In this document: positions 7,607 through 16,933 of the stretch, one piece after another | Position numbering within the stretch: position 1 is the first letter of the stretch | Layout of the letters: each line of letters begins with the position of its first letter | Assembly: GCF_017876815.1 (NCBI RefSeq) | Contig: NZ_JAGIOS010000004.1 | Location: 90,001 to 122,000 of the forward strand | DNA length: 32,000 bases | Source: Sinorhizobium meliloti | GTDB lineage: Bacteria; Pseudomonadota; Alphaproteobacteria; Rhizobiales; Rhizobiaceae | Reading direction: 5' to 3' | Made by a program: the position numbers and the translations under genes | Notes under the pieces: model-generated | What the model saw: only the letters and a program-made list of their open reading frames with translations | The model's database searches: none | What the model was told of the DNA's origin: nothing

Positions 7607-7682
7607 GCGGTCTTTCCCGTATTCTACCCGCGCCGGCTTCAACAATTACTTGACGATCCTGCGAGCTGCGAAGAGCAGTCAA

Positions 7683-9022
7683 GGTTGTGTGCGTCAAGTT
7701 CTGCAAAATTGGGCGGTCATGCGTGCTGGTCATGCGGCTTGACGGAGTGCGAGTTTCTTGTGCTCTCGCAGGTCGTCCATGTTGATGTAGCGATTGGCCT
7801 CCATCCAGTTTTCGTGGGTTTCGACGGCGAGCGCGCGGACGAGGCGTAGGCAGCTCTCGGTATTGGGAAAGATGCGCACGACGTAGGTTCTGCGGCGGAT
7901 TTCCTCGTTGAGGCGTTCCAGCATGTTGGTGCTCTTGAGGTGCTTGTGATGCTGGCGCGGCAGACGAAAGAAGGTCAGCGTCTGCTCGATGGTTTCCTCA
8001 ACCCAGGAGGTCAGGCGCGGATAGCGGACCGACCATTTTCCCAGCCACGCGGCGAGATCGGCCTTCGCCTCATCAAGGTCGCGGCGATCATAGAGCCATC
8101 GAAGCTCCTGCAGGCAATCGTCGCCATGTTTGCGCGGCAGGTGATCGAGGGCGTTCCTGAGGAAATGCACGTAACAGCGCTGCCAGGCAGCTTCCGGGAT
8201 CACCTCGCCAATTGCCGCGACGAGACCGGCATGGTCGTCGGAGACCACCAGTTCGACGCCCTTCAAACCGCGCCCTTTCAGCCTGACGAGGAAGTTCTTC
8301 CAGGCGCAACGGCTTTCACGGCCGGCCATCTCGACCGACAGGATCTGCCGCCGTCCGTCCCAGTCGATGCCGACAGCGATCAACACCGCCTGGCTCATCA
8401 CCACACCGGCCTCGCGCACCTTCTCATAACGGGCATCGAGAATCAGGTAGGCAAACGGCTCTTGAAGCGAGCGCTCGGCAAAGGCCTTCAGGCTCTCGTC
8501 CAGCCGCTTGTTGATCGCCGAGATCGATGACGCCGAGAAGGCATGGCCGCACAGCTCCTCGGTGATCGCCTTGACCTTCCGCGTCGACACCCCTTGCACA
8601 TACATCTCCGCCAAGGTTGCCACCAGCGCCCGCTCGGAGCGCTGGTAGCGTTCGAACAATTCGGTGGAGAAGTGCCCCGAGCGATCCTGCGGCACCCGCA
8701 GCTCGAGCTTGCCCACCCGCGTGATCAGCGTGCGGCCATAGTGGCCCGAACGGTAGCCGAGCCGCTCCGGCGTGCGCTCGCCTTTCGCAGCTCCCAGCGC
8801 CTCGTCCATCTCCGCTTCCAGCACCTCCTGCATCACCGTGCGGATCACCTCGCGCAGCCCATCGGGGTTCGAAAGCAAAATGTCTTTGACGGCGGCGCTG
8901 GCTGTCTTACCTTCAGTCTTGGTCATGGTGGCGTTCCTTCCAGGGAATCAGGTGACGTCAACATCACCAGCCTGCCATGACCGCCTCTCTCAGTGAATTT
9001 GCAGAACCTTCAGCACACTACC
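7683..9022 (-). mobile_element. IS256-family insertion sequence, 1340 bp
   Basis: The imperfect terminal inverted repeats are GGTTGTGTGCGTCAAGTTCTGCAAAAT (7683 onward) and the reverse complement of 8996-9022, GGTAGTGTGCTGAAGGTTCTGCAAATT (21 of 27 identical). They bracket a single transposase gene. Size and organisation fit rhizobial IS256-family elements (ISRm5-like from memory, unverified). The flanks GCAGTCAA and AAGGTTTG show no 8-9 bp direct repeat. Confidence 0.8.
7730..8926 (-). CDS. IS256-family transposase
   Basis: The 398-aa product has typical blocks: RLGYRSGHYGRTLITRVGKLELRVPQDR, ALVATLAEMYVQGVSTRKV, YLILDARYEKVRE, VVSDDHAGL, WQRCYVHFLRN and STNMLERLNEEIRRR. Confidence 0.95.
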   Translation of the reverse strand: MTKTEGKTASAAVKDILLSNPDGLREVIRTVMQEVLEAEMDEALGAAKGERTPERLGYRSGHYGRTLITRVGKLELRVPQDRSGHFSTELFERYQRSERALVATLAEMYVQGVSTRKVKAITEELCGHAFSASSISAINKRLDESLKAFAERSLQEPFAYLILDARYEKVREAGVVMSQAVLIAVGIDWDGRRQILSVEMAGRESRCAWKNFLVRLKGRGLKGVELVVSDDHAGLVAAIGEVIPEAAWQRCYVHFLRNALDHLPRKHGDDCLQELRWLYDRRDLDEAKADLAAWLGKWSVRYPRLTSWVEETIEQTLTFFRLPRQHHKHLKSTNMLERLNEEIRRRTYVVRIFPNTESCLRLVRALAVETHENWMEANRYINMDDLREHKKLALRQAA

Positions 9023-9228
9023 AAGGTTTGCGCTGATGGTCTTTGCAGGGCCGACTTCTTCGGCTCCAGCCCCACACCTGCATCTCCCCTCGTCGGCCGG
9101 CATCCTTCGCCGGCAGGTCCGCAGATCGTGTCTTGCGGAGGAACTGCCGTGGTAAATGGTTGGCGATCAGGAAGCGGCCAATCTCATCGCCGTCGTGGCA
9201 TCGCCGGCGCGATCGGCGCGCGCGCTTT

Positions 9229-10106
9229 TCACCGACATGGTTCAAAGAGACCGGCCTGTTTCGGTATCTGGAGTACCGCGGCACCGACCCCCAAAAGCCC
9301 GAGAACCTCGTCCCGCAGACGGATGAACTCGCGGCTTGACCGGTCTTGGCGTGCTTGCTCGGGATTCGAAAGAATCGTGGCATGCGGCCGGGGTGAGGCT
9401 GCATGACAACGATCCGGTGCCCGACCGCCTCGTCGACGTCATGCGTCACCAGCAGCGCTGTCGTCCCCTCATGTTGAACGATGCGCTTGAGTTCGTCCTG
9501 CAGTCTGAGGCGCGTCAATGCGTCCAAGGCACCGAGCAGCTCGTCAAGCAGCAGGAACCGCGGCCGGTTGACGAGCGCCCTGGCAATGGCAACACGCTGG
9601 GCCATTCCACCCGACAGCTGTGCCGGGTAGGATTTCGTAAACTGTGTCCGGCCAACGAGCTCGATATGCTCGCGCACCGTCTCCTGCTTCGCGGATCTTG
9701 ACAAGGGGCTGCGTCGAAGGGCAGCTGCGACATTTCCCTCGACCGTCAACCAGGGCAACAGTCTGTGATCCTGAAAGACGATCGAGCGATCGAGACCAGG
9801 CCGACGGACGGGCGCGCCGTCGACCAGGATATCCCCACTGTAGTCGAGATCGAGGCCGAGAATAAGCCGCAACAAAGTAGACCTCCCGCAGCCGGACGCG
9901 CCGACGATCGTGACGAACTCTCCGGACTTGACGGAAAGATCCACACCGGTAAGCACCTTCAGCTCTCGCCCTGCGACGGTGAAGCTCTTGTCGAGATGAC
10001 GGATTTCAAGGGTCGGCGCGACATCAACCTGAAAGGTGCGCGATGGGTATCTCTCGTTCATCTCGTTCTTCTCCTGAGGCCGCGCCCGTAATGTGTCAAC
10101 GGTCAT
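9229..10106 (-). pseudogene. ABC transporter ATP-binding protein (SsuB/TauB/NrtD-type), frameshifted
   Basis: Walker A (GASGCGRSTLL), signature (LSGGMAQRVAIARAL) and Walker B (FLLLDE) are intact. After ...VVMQPHPGR (about 9375-9385) the family-typical C-terminus (DRSSREFIRLRDEVLGLLGVGA, stop at 9229-9231) continues in another frame. The annotated frame runs on as nonsense to 9018. Confidence 0.75.
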
Positions 10107-10919
10107 GGCGCGCCTCCGTCTTCCACGGCTGGATGAAGTGTTCCAGGTATCCAAGGACGGCGTTTAGCGACAGACCAATCGCTGCGATGACGATCATGGC
10201 GACGATGACAAGTTCCAGCTGGAAGAGCTGGCGGCCCCAGGTCATTAGATAGCCGAGCCCGTCGAAGGATGCGAACAGCTCGACAATCACCAGGCTCTGC
10301 CACGCGTCGGCCAATCCTTCGCGAACGCCGGTGAACAGAGACGGCAGTGCGGTCGGCAGGACAATTGCTGATACCGCTGCATCGGTGTGAAATCGAAGAC
10401 GCGACCGAGTTCCACAAGGTTAGGGGAGACACCGGCGATGCTGCGCTTGGTCGCCAATATCACCGGTATCGCCGTCGACCACGCGATGCAGACATATTTG
10501 AGCTCCTCGTCGATGCCGACGAACAAAACGAGGAGAGGCAGCCAAGCCAGCATGTTGACCTGTGCAACGGCGGTGAAGACCGGCCAGACGAATGATCTGA
10601 CGACGGGCAGGAGTCCCAGGGCGGCCCCGGCGAGCAGACCGGACAGCGCTCCGATCGAAAAACCCACGGCGACGCGCCGCAAGCTTACAAGGGTGTGCTC
10701 GATGAGTGACCCGTCACGCCACAGCTCGACGATGGTCGCCCAAACCACCTCGGGAGCGGGCAGTATCTGCTGAGGAAGCCAGCCGAAACGCGACGAAAGT
10801 CCCCATGCGAGCAACAGGACAAGTGGCAAAGAGATCGTGTAGGCCACGTTGGCCAAAAACGGCAACAGGTTGGTCAGTCTTTGCTCTACGGGCCGGGGAG
10901 CCGAAGCGGTCAAGGTCAT
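10096..10919 (-). pseudogene. ABC transporter permease (SsuC/TauC-type), frameshifted
   Basis: The N-terminal 180 aa are in ORF 10287..10919. After ...FDFTPMQRYQ the expected AIVLPTALPSLFTGVREGLADAWQSLVIVELFAS... continues in the frame of ORF 10096..10314. A 1-nt indel near 10360-10372 explains the switch. Confidence 0.75.
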
Positions 10920-12040
10920 CTAACGCCCTCATTGGCAAAGGTCCGCCCGCGCCGTGTGGCGCAGGCGAGCTCGATGATATCCAGTTGCTTTGCTTCTTGT
11001 TGAGATCGCCGAGCTTGGCGATTTCGCCGTTGGCGTCGTAGCTTGACCAGTAGTTAACCAGCTTCAGGTCCTTTAGCGCCTGCTGCAGGTATTTCGGCTC
11101 CAGCCAGGCATCAACGTCGACGTCGCCCTTGATCAACCCATAGGCCTTAGCCCGGGCGACCTGGTCCTTGTAGCGGGCGATGATGAAGTCATCGATCAGC
11201 GGGTTGAGACGGTTGGCAAGCGTATCGGCCTCGATGTCACCTTCGAAGGCATCCTTGGGGAAACCCGAAAGCGACCAACCGTCGAAGACCTCGTCCTTAT
11301 TCGCGGGATCGGAGGCGAAGGCGGCTGCCTTAATGAAGGTGGTGACCACGCGCTGCGTCACATCAGGATGGGCCTGTTCGAAGGCGGCCGTGACCAGATA
11401 GGATGTGTGGCGGCCGAGTGTCGGATCGTCGCCCTTGGTGGTATAGGCGATCTTCACGATCCCTTTCTTCGCCAGCGCCAGGAATTCCGGACCGCCAAAC
11501 ACGGCGTCGACATTGCCGGAGGTGAGGGCCGCTGCGGCAGCGCTTGTGTCGAGATTGATGAAACGGACGTCCTTTTCCGTGAGGCCGTGGGTGGACAACA
11601 CGCGATCGGTGGCGAGCTGCAGATTGGTTCCTTTGAAGAGGGCAACCTTCTTGCCCTTCACGTCGTCGATCGACTTTATATCGCTGTCGATCGGCACGGC
11701 GAGATAGATCGGTTCGTGGCTCCAGCCCGCGCGAGCGGCCAACGATTGCTGGCAAGTCGCCGAGCAGGAAGAAATCGAGCTGCTTTGCAGCAACGGCTTC
11801 GTTGAGCGCAGGACCAGCACCACGGAAGTAGGTCCACTCGACCTTGATGTCCTTATCGGTGCGGAATTCCTTTTCGATGAGCTCTCGGGCCCGCGCATAG
11901 GACGTGGCATCCCCTTGCAAATATTGCCTGTTGTCAAGGCCAGTTCCTGGGTGGCCGAAGCGGATGGTCAATCCCTCGGCTGAGACCGAGCTAAGCGAGG
12001 CGAGAAGTGCGGCAAGCGCCGCGGCGATACGAAGTTTCAT
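10916..12040 (-). pseudogene. Periplasmic substrate-binding protein (sulfonate/NMT1-like), frameshifted
   Basis: The signal peptide and first roughly 95 aa are in ORF 11363..12040. The remainder (EPIYLAVPIDSDIKSIDDVKGKKVALFKGTNLQ...) is in the frame of ORF 10714..11937, with the switch near 11715-11760. That frame has no stop before it runs 200 nt into the permease, so a second 3' shift is likely. One alternative frame ends in an ATGA overlap with the permease start. Confidence 0.7.
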
Positions 12041-12990
12041 GGTCTTTCCCCCTGTTCAGCGCCGCTCACGCTGCCTTCGCCGCCGGTTTGGCCGTCTTGA
12101 CATGGGTTACGGCGACCGTCGACACTAACCGGCACGTCACCGTCAACGGTGGCGCGGCGGACGACCCGGTGCTGGTCACCATAGTCGTTGACCGCATAAT
12201 GCTGGGTGGCTCGATTATCCCATATGGCGACATCGCCTGCCTGCCAGTGCCACCGCACGGTGTTTTCCGGGGCCGTTACGTAGGATTGGAACAGCTCGTA
12301 AAGTTTTGCGGAATCGCTCTTGGACAGGCCGACGAGGCGCTGCACGAAATTGCCGAGCAGCAGCGACTTCTCCCCGGTTTCAGGATGGACGCGGACAACC
12401 GGATGCTCGGTCTCGTAGATCGTCGAGGTGAAGACTTCCTCGAAGTGCTTCTTCTCCTCAGCGCTGGCGCGAGGGCGCACGGCCGCGTAGTCGTAGGCAT
12501 TGCTGTGGATCGCCCAAAGATTGTCGGCCAACAGTTTCAGTGGCGCCGGCAGGCTCTCATAGGCGGCGTGGGTGTTGGACCAGATCGTATCGCCCCCCGC
12601 CGTCGGAATGACGACGCCACGAAGAACCGAGAATTTCGGATAGGCATCGACGAAGGTCACATCGGTGTGCCACTGGTCTGCCCGACCGCCGCCGCGACTG
12701 GAATCGAGATTGAGGATTGAGGCGGTGCCGGCAGTCGGTCCCTGTGTGGGATGAGGGACAAGGTCACCCAGACGCCGCGCGAACAGTTCCTGTTCTACCT
12801 CGTCGAGATGTTCCTGGCCGCGGAAGAAGATGACCTTGTACTTCAGAAGCAACTGGTTGATCGCTGCTATAGCTACGTCGGAAAGGTCTCCGCCAAGGCG
12901 GACGCCTCTGACTTCGGCTCCGACACGGCCGGTCAGCGGTACAACGTCGGACTCAGGGATGGTCTGATTGACAAGGACTGGATTGCTCAT
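12037..12990 (-). CDS. TauD/TfdA-family Fe(II)/2-oxoglutarate dioxygenase (taurine or sulfate-ester dioxygenase type)
   Basis: It has the WHTDVTF HxD motif and DNRATQHYAVNDY with the distal His. ATG 12990 has a GGAG site 7 nt upstream. The stop overlaps the binding-protein ATG as ATGA. Confidence 0.85.
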   Translation of the reverse strand: MSNPVLVNQTIPESDVVPLTGRVGAEVRGVRLGGDLSDVAIAAINQLLLKYKVIFFRGQEHLDEVEQELFARRLGDLVPHPTQGPTAGTASILNLDSSRGGGRADQWHTDVTFVDAYPKFSVLRGVVIPTAGGDTIWSNTHAAYESLPAPLKLLADNLWAIHSNAYDYAAVRPRASAEEKKHFEEVFTSTIYETEHPVVRVHPETGEKSLLLGNFVQRLVGLSKSDSAKLYELFQSYVTAPENTVRWHWQAGDVAIWDNRATQHYAVNDYGDQHRVVRRATVDGDVPVSVDGRRNPCQDGQTGGEGSVSGAEQGERP

Positions 12991-14014
12991 GGGAATCTCC
13001 GGTTGATAGTAGAAGAAGACAGCGGTCATATCTGGCCAGCGAGACGTCCGCCGGGCACTGAGTAAATCTCGTCGCCGATGCCCGACGTAGCTATCAAAGA
13101 GGACATCTGAGGGAATCTATAGAGATAAGGTTCTAACTTTACATGGACCCACGAAACAACGATCTCCGTTGCTAGCGCCTGGGTATCGAATTCTCTAAGG
13201 CCATCCAACTCAGGTTCTCCACAGGCGGCACATGGCCTCAGCGTTCAGCCGTGCCTGCCCGCTCGGGTCGCAGCAATCACGGAGCAACGACGCCCGGCCG
13301 GCCGCCTGTCCTGCAGGCGATCCTCACCCTCCCGCTTGAGATTGACGCCATTCATGTCGGTTGGAATTCAAAACACGCAGCCCTTCTGCGGTCCCGGAGC
13401 GGCAGCTGGCGGAGATCGTGTCCGTCGAGATAGAGCGGATCAAGACAAAGAAGCCTTCGTGAGAGTCATGCAGCCTGGGTTTACGGTACGGCCAGGCGCG
13501 CGTTGCAATGCGCTTCAGATCGCCCTTTTTTGTCAAACAGGCAGGCGCTGCCAACGTCGGGCAGGGCTATGTTTACGATCCAGTGCTCGAGGCGGCCAAC
13601 GCTCGCTATATCTCCGGCGACATTACCACGGAAGAGGTTCGAGAAGAGATGCTGGCGCGCTTAAAGCGCGCCTGATCTTCGATCAGTGATTTGAACAAGC
13701 CGCCTGCATTCTGAACTGACCCCCGAAAGTTGCACACCCGATTGTGGTGACGTGTTCGTGCTCCGACCCAAGCGATGCGATCGCTTGCGATGCATTTAGG
13801 GGATGGCGATGGCATGATCCTAGCGACGAAATGACCGGAGCAGAGCAGAAATGGCCGTGTCGTAATATAGCTAGATATATCTTGACATATATTCTGAAGA
13901 TGGTTGAGTGTTCGCAATGATATCGCCGCTACCCTCTCAGCGGCGCCTAATATATATCCCGATATATTCTCCTGACTCTTGCTTATCCAAAAGGCTTCTA
14001 TTAGACCGCTCTCT

Positions 14015-14908
14015 ATGAAAGAGAAGAGACAACGCCTCGAGGCGGAGAGCATCGAGATTTTCCGCGAGGTTGCCGCCAGTTTCGCGCGCCCGGTGATGAT
14101 GTATTCGATCGGCAAGGATTCCTCGGTGCTGCTGCATCTGGCGCGCAAGGCGTTCTATCCGTCCTCGATTCCGTTCCCGCTGCTCCACATCGATACGACC
14201 TGGAAATTTTCCCAGATGATCGGCTTCCGTAACCGGATGGCAGAGGAGTACGGGTTCGAACTTCGCGTTCACACCAATGCCGATGGCGTGGCACAGGGGA
14301 TCAATCCCTTCGACCACGGGTCGGCCTATACCGACATCATGAAAACCCAAGCCCTGCGCCAGGCGCTTTCGTCCGGCGGGTATGACGCCGCCATTGGTGG
14401 CGCGCGGCGCGACGAGGAAAAGAGCCGCGCCAAGGATCGCATCTTTTCCCACCGCAACGCCCATCACGCCTGGGACCCCAAGAACCAGCGCCCCGAACTC
14501 TGGCGCTTGTTCAACACACGTCTGGCGCCCGGCGAGAGCATGCGGGTGTACCCGCTCTCCAACTGGACCGAGCTCGACATCTGGACCTATATCTATGTCG
14601 AGGACATCCCCATCGTGCCACTCTATTTCGCCCGCCCGCGCCCGGTGGTGGAACGCTCGGGCACGCTGATCATGGTCGATGACGACCGCTTCCGCCTCGA
14701 TAAAGGCGAGACGCCCACCGAGCAGGTCGTGCGCTTCAGGACGCTTGGCTGCTACCCGCTGACCGGCGCGATCCGCTCCAATGCCGCCACACTCGCCGAG
14801 ATCATCATGGAGATACAGGGCAGCCGGACCTCCGAGCGCGAAGGGCGTCTGATCGACGGCGATCAGGCCGGCTCGATGGAAAAGAAGAAGCAGGAGGGGT
14901 ATTTCTGA
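14015..14908 (+). CDS. cysD: Sulfate adenylyltransferase subunit 2 (CysD / NodP type)
   Basis: The product shows near-colinear similarity to NodP/CysD as I remember it: [69 protein letters not shown] and the C-terminal [15 protein letters not shown] 14015 gives 297 aa. Confidence 0.92.
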   Translation: MKEKRQRLEAESIEIFREVAASFARPVMMYSIGKDSSVLLHLARKAFYPSSIPFPLLHIDTTWKFSQMIGFRNRMAEEYGFELRVHTNADGVAQGINPFDHGSAYTDIMKTQALRQALSSGGYDAAIGGARRDEEKSRAKDRIFSHRNAHHAWDPKNQRPELWRLFNTRLAPGESMRVYPLSNWTELDIWTYIYVEDIPIVPLYFARPRPVVERSGTLIMVDDDRFRLDKGETPTEQVVRFRTLGCYPLTGAIRSNAATLAEIIMEIQGSRTSEREGRLIDGDQAGSMEKKKQEGYF

Positions 14909-16818
14909 TGAGCAGCGCCACCGCCCCGGCTCCTTGCGCCGATACCGATATCGACCTCTGGCTCGCCCGGCAGACCGGCAAATCGCTGCTGCGCTTCCTG
15001 ACCTGCGGCTCGGTGGACGATGGTAAGTCGACGCTCATCGGCCGACTGCTCTATGACAGCCAGATGATCCTCGACGACCAGTTGGCGTCGCTGAAAAAGG
15101 ACAGCCGCAACAGGCATGTGGGCGAGGAGGGCATCGATTTCTCGCTGCTGGTCGACGGTCTCGTCGCCGAGCGCGAGCAGGGCATCACCATCGACGTGGC
15201 TTATCGCTTCTTTTCCACCGACCGGCGAAAGTTCATCGTCGCCGATACGCCCGGCCACGAGCAATACACCCGCAACATGGCGACCGGCGCCTCCAACGCC
15301 GACGTGGCGCTGCTGCTGGTCGACGCCCGCAAGGGGCTTTTGACCCAGACGCGCCGCCACAGTTTCATCCTCTCGCTGTTTGGGGTGAAGCACGTGGCGC
15401 TGGTGGTCAACAAGATCGATCTCATGGACTATTCCCAGGAGGTGTTCGCAAGGATCGAGGCCGAATACCGCGCCTTTGTTACCGAATTGGGTTTCGCCTC
15501 CCTTGCCGCAGTCCCCATCTCGGCCCTGCGCGGCGATAACATCGTCGCCAAGTCGGAGCGCACGCCATGGTACACGGGCTCGCCGCTTCTGTCCTACCTC
15601 GAAGATATCGCTGTCGATGAAGACCGCACGCAAACCCCGTTCCGTTTTCCGGTGCAGTGGGTCAATCGTCCCAATCTCGATTTTCGCGGGTTTTCGGGTA
15701 CGGTCGCCTCGGGCACGGTCAGGGTGGGTGACGAGATTCTGGTCTCATCCTCCCGCAAGCCCGCCGCGATCGCGCGCATCGTCACCATGGACGGCGATCT
15801 TCCCGAAGCCGCCGCCGAACAGGCCGTAACGCTCGTCCTCGACCGCGAGATCGATATCTCGCGCGGCGACGTGCTCACCCATTCCGGCCAGACGCCGGAA
15901 TTCTCCAACCAGTTCCAGGCAGAACTCGTATGGATGGCCGACGAACCCGCCTATCCCGGGCGCTCCTATCTTTTAAAGATCGGCAGCCAGGTGGTGCCCG
16001 CGACTATTACCGACCTGAAACACCGCACCAACGTCAATACGCTGAAAAAGGCCGCCGCCAAGCGGCTCGAGCTCAATGAGGTCGGCACGGTTACCATCGC
16101 CACCGACAGGCCGATTGCCTTCGATCCCTACAACACAAATCGGCTGACCGGCGGCTTCATCCTCATCGACCGCATTCACAATCTCACCCTTGGCGCGGGC
16201 ACCATCGCGTATGGCCTGCAACGGGCGCGAAACCTTTCCTACCAGTCCTTCGACGTCAATCGCGAGGTCCGCGCCGGTATGAAGGGGCAGACCCCGCAGA
16301 TCGTCTGGTTCACCGGCCTGTCGGGCTCGGGCAAGTCGACGGTCGCCAACCTACTCGAAAAACGGCTCACCGCTGAAGGCAAGCATGCCTACATCCTCGA
16401 CGGCGACAACGTCCGGCACGGGCTCAACAAGGATCTCGGCTTCACCGACGCGGCACGTGTGGAGAACATCCGCCGTGTGGCCGAGGTGGCGCGGCTGATG
16501 GCCGATGCAGGGTTGATCGTCATTGTCTCGTTCATCTCCCCCTTCGCCAACGAGCGCCGCATCGCCCGCGAAATCGCCGCCAACATCCGCTTTCTCGAAG
16601 CCTACGTCGACACCCCGCTGGAGGTGTGCGAAGCGCGCGATCCCAAAGGGCTCTACGCCAAGGCCCGGGCCGGCCAGATCACCAATTTTACCGGCGTCGA
16701 CAGCCCGTTCGAAGTGCCGCAGGATCCCGATATTACGCTCCGTGGCGCAGTCGCCTCGTCTGAGGAAATGGCCGACATCATCTACGAAAGGGTAGTTCGA
16801 ACTGATCAGGCGAAGTAA
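14908..16818 (+). CDS. cysN: Bifunctional sulfate adenylyltransferase subunit 1 / APS kinase (CysN-CysC fusion, NodQ type)
   Basis: The N-terminal GTPase domain has GSVDDGKSTLIGRLL, DTPGHEQYTRNM and NKIDL. The C-terminal APS kinase domain has WFTGLSGSGKSTVA, LDGDNVRHGLN and FISPF. The start overlaps the cysD stop (TGATG). Confidence 0.93.
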   Translation: MSSATAPAPCADTDIDLWLARQTGKSLLRFLTCGSVDDGKSTLIGRLLYDSQMILDDQLASLKKDSRNRHVGEEGIDFSLLVDGLVAEREQGITIDVAYRFFSTDRRKFIVADTPGHEQYTRNMATGASNADVALLLVDARKGLLTQTRRHSFILSLFGVKHVALVVNKIDLMDYSQEVFARIEAEYRAFVTELGFASLAAVPISALRGDNIVAKSERTPWYTGSPLLSYLEDIAVDEDRTQTPFRFPVQWVNRPNLDFRGFSGTVASGTVRVGDEILVSSSRKPAAIARIVTMDGDLPEAAAEQAVTLVLDREIDISRGDVLTHSGQTPEFSNQFQAELVWMADEPAYPGRSYLLKIGSQVVPATITDLKHRTNVNTLKKAAAKRLELNEVGTVTIATDRPIAFDPYNTNRLTGGFILIDRIHNLTLGAGTIAYGLQRARNLSYQSFDVNREVRAGMKGQTPQIVWFTGLSGSGKSTVANLLEKRLTAEGKHAYILDGDNVRHGLNKDLGFTDAARVENIRRVAEVARLMADAGLIVIVSFISPFANERRIAREIAANIRFLEAYVDTPLEVCEARDPKGLYAKARAGQITNFTGVDSPFEVPQDPDITLRGAVASSEEMADIIYERVVRTDQAK

Positions 16819-16933
16819 TCCAACGTCGACTTGGTGAGCGGCCCCAAATCTGACGCTCTGTTGCCGAAGTACGCTGGATCGGCGACGAGAGCTATTACAG
16901 CCCGGATAGTTTCAATATCGGAGTCAACATTTT

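Noticed and set aside
9018-10154. 378-aa ORF taken at face value as an intact ABC ATPase
   Set aside because: Everything after ...HPGR is nonsense in this frame, while the family-typical C-terminus (EFIRLRDEVLGLLG) is in another frame. The first 16 codons also overlap the permease. I called it a frameshifted pseudogene (9229-10106).
13600-14014. Nod box upstream of the NodPQ-type genes
   Set aside because: I looked for the paired ATC-N9-GAT modules and the AAACAATCGATTTTACCAATC core on both strands and did not see them. This was a visual scan only, so a matrix search should confirm it.
13606-14467. Minus-strand ORFs 13606..14148 (180 aa) and 13937..14467 (176 aa)
   Set aside because: One spans the AT-rich cysD control region and the other is antisense to cysD. 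Neither has recognisable motifs, and they conflict with a strongly supported gene.
14863-15633. 256-aa minus-strand ORF inside cysN
   Set aside because: It is antisense to the unmistakable GTPase domain of CysN/NodQ and is a shadow frame.
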